A stretch of 20,000 nucleotides of DNA, taken from the IMG/VR virus record IMGVR_UViG_3300013297_000003; one strand, given 5' to 3'. Position 1 is the first letter of the stretch. Every line of letters starts with the position of its first letter. Under the pieces are notes generated by a model that did no database searches, was not told the DNA's origin, and was given only the letters and a program-made list of their open reading frames with translations. The translations under genes and the position numbers were made by a program. The DNA comes from an uncultured virus (IMG/VR IMGVR_UViG_3300013297_000003). Lineage: Duplodnaviria; Heunggongvirae; Uroviricota; Caudoviricetes. Positions 15,950 through 20,000 of this stretch are shown piece by piece.

Positions 15950-16377
15950 CAATTACCTCCTGATTGTTCCTTGGTTCCAAACTGGCATAATCCGCAAAGG
16001 GTGGTTTCTGGGATCGTAGGTAAAGCACCGCAGTTCTTACATTCTGTGGACCAATCTGGGTCTGACGCCTCAACCATCTTGCCGTTGACTTCGATCTTCT
16101 TGTGAACCTTGGCTCTTCGTGAGTCGCGCAGAAAGATCATCGCGCCGCTCTTAATAAACTCCACATGGTCTTTGAATCTCTGGAAGTGGCCCAACTCGAC
16201 GTGGACGTTCTCTTTCTTGTGCTGGGCATAGAGCTGCTTTTTGATCTTGTCGAGGTTCTTGATGTAGGCGAACTGCCTTGCGGGGGAAAATCCAGCTGGC
16301 CCCTTTCGCTTCATCGCCTCGATCAGTAATGGATGGCCCAAGTTCTGGGCCTCCTGAATGCCGCTGTTGACGTTCAT
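15946..16377 (-). CDS. hypothetical protein with C-terminal zinc finger
   Basis: CKNCG...LCGLC motif and ATGA overlap. Confidence 0.75.
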   Translation of the reverse strand: MNVNSGIQEAQNLGHPLLIEAMKRKGPAGFSPARQFAYIKNLDKIKKQLYAQHKKENVHVELGHFQRFKDHVEFIKSGAMIFLRDSRRAKVHKKIEVNGKMVEASDPDWSTECKNCGALPTIPETTLCGLCQFGTKEQSGGNW

Positions 16378-16748
16378 AATCCGCGCTCCGTTTTGGTTAG
16401 GTGCTCCATGATCGTATCTGCCATTTTCTCAGCCGCCTCTTGGCACATCATCATGACGTAGCCACTGGTATTTCGTGGGTTGCCGTAGCAATTGCGCAAG
16501 ATGCCGCCTGCGATGAGTTCCGGGAAGAAGTCGATACACAGCGTAAACCGTGAGTGACGATGGTAGTGGCTCCACTCCATTTCGCGGATATAGGCTTTGA
16601 TGCCGGCCAGTTCGGAGTAGTCGCGGCGCGGCCTGGCAGCCTGCAAGTCCGCGATTTGCTGGTTGGCGGCGACGATGACTTGGTTCTTGACCTTGTTGTC
16701 CTTCACGAGCTTGCGCATGAAGGCCAACATCTTTTCACGAGACTTCAT
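16374..16748 (-). CDS. hypothetical protein
   Basis: 124-aa ORF with CCAAGGAG RBS. Confidence 0.75.
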   Translation of the reverse strand: MKSREKMLAFMRKLVKDNKVKNQVIVAANQQIADLQAARPRRDYSELAGIKAYIREMEWSHYHRHSRFTLCIDFFPELIAGGILRNCYGNPRNTSGYVMMMCQEAAEKMADTIMEHLTKTERGL

Positions 16749-16771
16749 GCGTTCTCCTTGGGAGGATTAAA

Positions 16772-16928
16772 TGCGTGCCGACTTAGGGCGATCATGTCTG
16801 CCGTGCTCCAAAATGCTTACTCAGATTGGCGGCAGCCTGGGTTGTCATCGTCTTTGCCCTGGATGGAGTAAGCTCCCTAGTGGCGTTGACGAGGCCCACC
16901 GCTCCCAGGATGAGCGTGTCGGCACGCA
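16772..16928 (-). ncRNA. unclassified structured RNA module (multi-stem, probable pseudoknots)
   Basis: 11-bp perfect closing stem TGCGTGCCGAC/GTCGGCACGCA enclosing several hairpins and crossing complementarities. Confidence 0.55.
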
Positions 16929-16934
16929 ATATGG

Positions 16935-16997
16935 TTCCCCGTGCCCAGATTATCCATCTAGGAATCGGCGACAAAGCCGATTGCATGCCACGGGGAA
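16935..16997 (-). ncRNA. three-way-junction RNA element in the tRNA-Asn 3' trailer
   Basis: TTCCCCGTG/CACGGGGAA stem enclosing AATCGGC/GCCGATT and CCTAGAT/ATCTGGG hairpins. Confidence 0.5.
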
Positions 16998-16998
16998 A

Positions 16999-17070
16999 AG
17001 GCAGCGGTTGGAATTGAACCAACGACAACTTCTTTAACAAAGAAGCGCTCTACCACTGAGCTACGCTGCC
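16999..17070 (-). tRNA. tRNA-Asn (GTT), CCA not encoded
   Basis: Complete cloverleaf: GGCAGCG TA GCTC AGTGGTA GAGC G CTTCT TT-GTT-AA AGAAG TTGTC GTTGG TTCAATT CCAAC CGCTGCC T. Confidence 0.92.
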
Positions 17071-17267
17071 AATCCTGCCGAGGTGGCCACCTGCGGCAGG
17101 TAGTTGGGAGAGATGAAATGGGACGTGTGAAACGCTCAAAGAAGCAGTTCTTAATGTCTCCGATTTCCACGGAGTAGCCAGAACGGCGACTGACCGCCAC
17201 AGCCGATTTATTTTCCCTCGCAACGCAGAGAGATGCAGAGCTGGACGAATCCAGATGCTTCTCTCAG

Positions 17268-17372
17268 TGGAAAGGGCAGGAGTCGAACCTGCGACCTGAC
17301 GCTTGCGGCGTCCGCTCTACCGTAGATGGTTTCGTTTGCAACCTCCACCATCCAACTCTGAGCTACCTTTCC
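17268..17372 (-). ncRNA. tRNA-like RNA with D-loop insertion and 5-nt anticodon loop
   Basis: GGAAAGG TA GCTC [42-nt D-loop] GAGC G GACGC CGCAA GCGTC AGGTC GCAGG TTCGACT CCTGC CCTTTCC A. All four stems pair perfectly. Confidence 0.85.
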
Positions 17373-17376
17373 AAAT

Positions 17377-17462
17377 CCCGTCTGTCAGCGCTTATGCCAC
17401 CCAGTGACGGGCCTGGGCTGGAACGCACTATGCACATCTGCGTCGGCTACGCCAGCGCTGAC
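17377..17462 (-). ncRNA. unclassified multi-branch RNA module with probable pseudoknot
   Basis: GTCAGCGCT/AGCGCTGAC closing stem with three internal hairpins. Loop CCCGTC is complementary to the GACGGG just 3' of the closing stem. Confidence 0.5.
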
Positions 17463-17560
17463 TTGGACGACCGAGAATCGTGGCAAGCCGGACTACTGAA
17501 AGGCACAGCTAAAAGCAGCCGCTCCCACCTTAGCGCCTCACGGTTGGCGCTTCCACCGAA

Positions 17561-17908
17561 TCATCCAGTTCGTAATCGCTTCTTGTGATGCGGTTCGACC
17601 TCAAGAGGACCAAGCTGAGCCGTTTGATCCTCTTCCACTCTTTCTTGGGCCACCTGTGGAAGATGAAAGCCGGCCTCGGCTAGTTCCGCCTCAATGGTAA
17701 CGGCTCTCGTTAAGAGGATAACGGAGCCGCCAAAGCGAGCTTCAACCACATCTTCGCCCAATTTGATTTCATGGTTCTTGGGCACACGCTTGTAGATGCC
17801 AGGCTTGCCCTCCACGGCAAAGAGGCGGGTGGTAAAGCCGCCAACCGCATCCGGCAAGATAATATGCTCGAATTGGGCGGCACGACATCCTTCTTCATAG
17901 TGAATCAT
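17561..17908 (-). CDS. hypothetical protein
   Basis: AAGGAGGAG RBS; ATG 17908 overlaps the upstream stop. Confidence 0.7.
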   Translation of the reverse strand: MIHYEEGCRAAQFEHIILPDAVGGFTTRLFAVEGKPGIYKRVPKNHEIKLGEDVVEARFGGSVILLTRAVTIEAELAEAGFHLPQVAQERVEEDQTAQLGPLEVEPHHKKRLRTG

Positions 17909-18864
17909 GACCAAGGCTCCTCCTTTGGGGTTGGCGGCATACTCTCAATGGCCGCTTTTTGTTTATCCTTGATGGGTTTCAAATAGGCTTGGTAGACGCC
18001 CTTCTTGGGGTCGCCCTTGACGGCAGGGTCGGCCTTGACGATCTTGGCCCACACCTCCTTAAGCTCCGCCAGGGTGCCGCAACTGACCAGTTCGTTGTCC
18101 CAAGCGGTAATCATTTGCCGATCAATCCAATCGGGGAGGTCGTCGCCAGGATGCTTGCTTTTGGCCTTGGGAGGGTCGTCGGTGGGGTAGACCTGTTTGG
18201 GCGGCTCGGCTCCCGTGCGTTCGTTCATGTCGGGCATCTCTTCATCGAAGATGGACGAGCATCCGGTGACAATGCGGACGGCGGCGATCAAGGCCCTCTT
18301 CTCACTCATCCTAATGCACGTATTAAACTGATCGGCCACACGGTCATTTGGGATTTCGCCTTCTTGCTGATCGACGATGGCCGGTTCGTCGTCGTTGAAC
18401 TGCATGCCGCAGCCATCGCGCTTTTTCCAGCATAGCCAGCCTCCACCATAGTCAACCTTTCCTTTGATGATGGCCGGCTTGTTGCACACCGGACAAATCC
18501 TCTGAGCCTTCCGGTAGGCGTACTTACTCTCCCTGGTGGAGCAGACGGCGTTGGCGCTGCCCAGGCGAGTGCCGCTGGGGGCATGGAAGAGAATGCACTT
18601 GGATTCGACGGTCAAGTGGCCGTCATTGTGGAAGTTCTTCTGGGTTTCAAACTCCACGTCGAACTGAAACATCATGGCCAGCTTCTCGGCCCCTGCCTTA
18701 AGGAGCGTAGGCTTGCTGCCGGTGCCGGGGATTTTTCCATAGTCGATATTCTCGACCATAGCTCCCTTCATGAGTTCTTGTATTTGGCCTAGCCTCTGCC
18801 GGATTTGGTCCACGGACACCAGGGCGGTTCCCTGTGGCTCGCGGACGGCGATCTCGTCGCTCAT
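17905..18864 (-). CDS. putative phage ssDNA-annealing/recombination protein with zinc-finger insertion
   Basis: DYGKIPGTGSKPTLLKAGAEKL and NTCIRMSEKRALIAAV motifs of a widespread phage family (an annealing role is inferred). CPVC...CWKKRDGCG insertion. GAGGAGG RBS before ATG 18864. Confidence 0.65.
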   Translation of the reverse strand: MSDEIAVREPQGTALVSVDQIRQRLGQIQELMKGAMVENIDYGKIPGTGSKPTLLKAGAEKLAMMFQFDVEFETQKNFHNDGHLTVESKCILFHAPSGTRLGSANAVCSTRESKYAYRKAQRICPVCNKPAIIKGKVDYGGGWLCWKKRDGCGMQFNDDEPAIVDQQEGEIPNDRVADQFNTCIRMSEKRALIAAVRIVTGCSSIFDEEMPDMNERTGAEPPKQVYPTDDPPKAKSKHPGDDLPDWIDRQMITAWDNELVSCGTLAELKEVWAKIVKADPAVKGDPKKGVYQAYLKPIKDKQKAAIESMPPTPKEEPWS

Positions 18865-19076
18865 TAGATTTCCTCCTCGATTACATCGGTAATGGTGTAG
18901 ATGTCGCTCCAGCATTTGCCACAAGATGGGCAAGTTACGATCTCACGAAATCCTTGATCGTATTCGTAAGGCCCGTTGGCCTCTAGGCAATCGTGGGTGC
19001 CACAGAAATGACAATCGAAGTAGTCGGGATCGGCAGTCTTTCTGTCCAGGTATTTAATCTTGTCAATGTTGAGCAC
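18864..19076 (-). CDS. small zinc-ribbon protein
   Basis: CHFCG...CPSCGKCWSDIY motifs. GTG start with AAGGAG RBS. Confidence 0.7.
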   Translation of the reverse strand: MLNIDKIKYLDRKTADPDYFDCHFCGTHDCLEANGPYEYDQGFREIVTCPSCGKCWSDIYTITDVIEEEI

Positions 19077-19112
19077 AGGTAGTTCTCCTTGGTATTGTAG
19101 AGCCAGCCACAG

Positions 19113-19319
19113 TTAGCGGCCACGATTTTCAGATTTTTTGGCGGTAAACGAGTCCAATTCCTTTTGAAGTGTGCTCATCTCGTCTTCAAGATCGTAGATA
19201 CGTCCTTCCAAAGCGCCGCAATAGCAATCTTCGCACAGGCATGGACCTTCTTCGACTGGTGGGTCGCGCGGGTCTTCATATCCAACCTTCGTGCGCTGGT
19301 CGCATTCAACGCATTTCAT
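19113..19319 (-). CDS. small zinc-finger/coiled-coil protein
   Basis: CVEC...LCEDC motif followed by a heptad-like helix. ATGA overlap. Confidence 0.7.
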   Translation of the reverse strand: MKCVECDQRTKVGYEDPRDPPVEEGPCLCEDCYCGALEGRIYDLEDEMSTLQKELDSFTAKKSENRGR

Positions 19320-19516
19320 CGGCGACCTCGTTTCTTGTAGGTAAACCTGTTGCTGCCTCCCTTGCCGGTGATCATATCGAAGAGGAAGGCGAAGACAGAT
19401 GCGATGGACGAATGGGACCGGACAGGCTCGTCCTGGTGGCCACGTTCCACGACTTCATGGATCGCTGCTTTGGGATAATATAGTTGGCCGTAGTTACGGC
19501 GCTCGCGTTCATTCAT
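19316..19516 (-). CDS. hypothetical protein
   Basis: 66-aa ORF with AGGAGG RBS. Confidence 0.65.
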   Translation of the reverse strand: MNERERRNYGQLYYPKAAIHEVVERGHQDEPVRSHSSIASVFAFLFDMITGKGGSNRFTYKKRGRR

Positions 19517-19518
19517 GG

Positions 19519-19743
19519 CTATAGACCTCCTGTTTTGTAAATGACACGGCCTCGATCAAAACGGCGTTTGTCATTTGAGGCTGGTTTAGATTGTCGTTTT
19601 GGCTGGCAGGTGATGTGGCGAAGACGGTCGCCGTTTCCTTGGCGAGTTACTAATTCGCCTTCCGTGAATTTCTTGCCGCACACAAGGCACTGCCACGGCT
19701 TTTCAGGGTTTTTGGGTTTGTATGGATAGACAGGATTATCCAT
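19519..19743 (-). CDS. small zinc-finger protein
   Basis: CLVCGKKF...HITC motif and AGGAG RBS. Confidence 0.7.
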   Translation of the reverse strand: MDNPVYPYKPKNPEKPWQCLVCGKKFTEGELVTRQGNGDRLRHITCQPKRQSKPASNDKRRFDRGRVIYKTGGL

Positions 19744-19773
19744 GGGGATGCTCCTAGTAGGTTTTGATATGGT

Positions 19774-20000
19774 CTAATAAGACCCCGACCTCGACCTCGA
19801 CCTCGACCTCGACCCCGACCTCGACCCCGACCTCGACCACGACCTCGACCACGACCCCGACCTCGACCACGACCTCGACCACGACCTCGACCACGACCTC
19901 GACCACGACCTCGACCACGACCACGACCCCGACCTCGACCCCGACCTCGACCCCGACCTCGACCCCGACCTCGACCACGACCACGACCCCGACCCCGACC
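19774..20000 (-). CDS. 3' part of a Ser-Arg/Ser-Trp/Ser-Gly dipeptide-repeat protein (5' truncated)
   Basis: Frame TCG-[AGG/TGG/GGG] ends ...SRSGSY* right at the repeat boundary, 17 nt before the next RBS. Similar SRSWSG-repeat ORFs occur in environmental phages. The frame is not proven. Confidence 0.55.
   Translation of the reverse strand, partial: SGSGSWSWSRSGSRSGSRSGSRSGSWSWSRSWSRSWSRSWSRSWSRSGSWSRSWSRSGSRSGSRSRSRSRSGSY
19781..20000. repeat. tandem hexamer repeat CGACC[T/C/A], about 36 copies, running off the window end
   Basis: Directly visible; only the sixth position of each unit varies. Confidence 0.98.

Noticed and set aside
16870..16900. Resemblance to the ZTP (pfl) riboswitch (GTGG...CCAC-TAGGGAGC)
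   Set aside because: It lacks the GACTGGCG and CCGCCTGGGC elements that form the ligand pocket.
16928..16970. Resemblance to the c-di-AMP (ydaO) riboswitch 5' half (GCCGATTCC...CACGGGGAACC on the - strand)
   Set aside because: The second-half motifs (GGGGTGAATC, CCCGAACCCGTCAGCTAAC) are absent, and CACGGGGAA has a perfect local partner upstream.
16935..16998. Theta/HDV-like ribozyme after the tRNA
   Set aside because: I could not build the nested double pseudoknot or find the catalytic C-containing J4/2; the sequence fits a simple three-way junction.
16792..17200. ORFs 16792-17040 and 16958-17200 on the - strand
   Set aside because: They overlap the tRNA-Asn and structured modules and have no RBS or protein-like features.
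17318..17358. D-loop insert as an archaeal-type BHB intron or group I intron
   Set aside because: No clear bulge-helix-bulge motif is visible, it is far too short for a group I intron, and removal would still leave a 5-nt anticodon loop.
19754..19984. ORF-track poly-Val/Glu protein
   Set aside because: It is probably a by-product of the hexamer repeat being open in all frames: the start is an internal GTG and the stop overlaps the next RBS. The S-x frame fits better.
19781..20000. CRISPR array or diversity-generating retroelement
   Set aside because: There are no spacers, cas genes, reverse transcriptase or TR/VR pair in the window; it is a 6-bp tandem repeat.

Overview
This window looks like part of a tailed-phage or prophage genome. 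It has densely packed small ORFs with ATGA/GTGA overlaps and a recurring CCAAGGAG ribosome-binding motif; no capsid or tail genes were recognised. Positions 1-4960 hold + strand genes: small membrane proteins, a permuted papain-like NlpC/P60 enzyme, a Cys-rich protein and a DUF3102-like protein. An oppositely oriented, AT-richer HNH endonuclease with its own near-consensus promoter interrupts this block. Positions ~4940-20000 form a long - strand early/replication-type cluster: two LexA-type DNA-binding domains, an SF2 helicase, two ParB-like proteins, a PAPS-reductase-like PP-loop protein, a KGG stress protein, a putative ssDNA-annealing protein and a Ser-Arg/Trp/Gly hexamer-repeat ORF. The most unusual content is non-coding. 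An ~800-nt RNA cluster (16760-17560, - strand) holds a tRNA-Asn(GTT), a tRNA-like RNA with a ~35-nt D-loop hairpin insertion and a shortened anticodon loop, and at least three multi-stem or pseudoknotted modules. Two further heavily structured intergenic regions (7050-7620 and 3545-3770) have G-U pairs favouring a + strand fold. All family assignments come from motif recognition by eye and all RNA folds from manual pairing; none was checked by database search or folding software.
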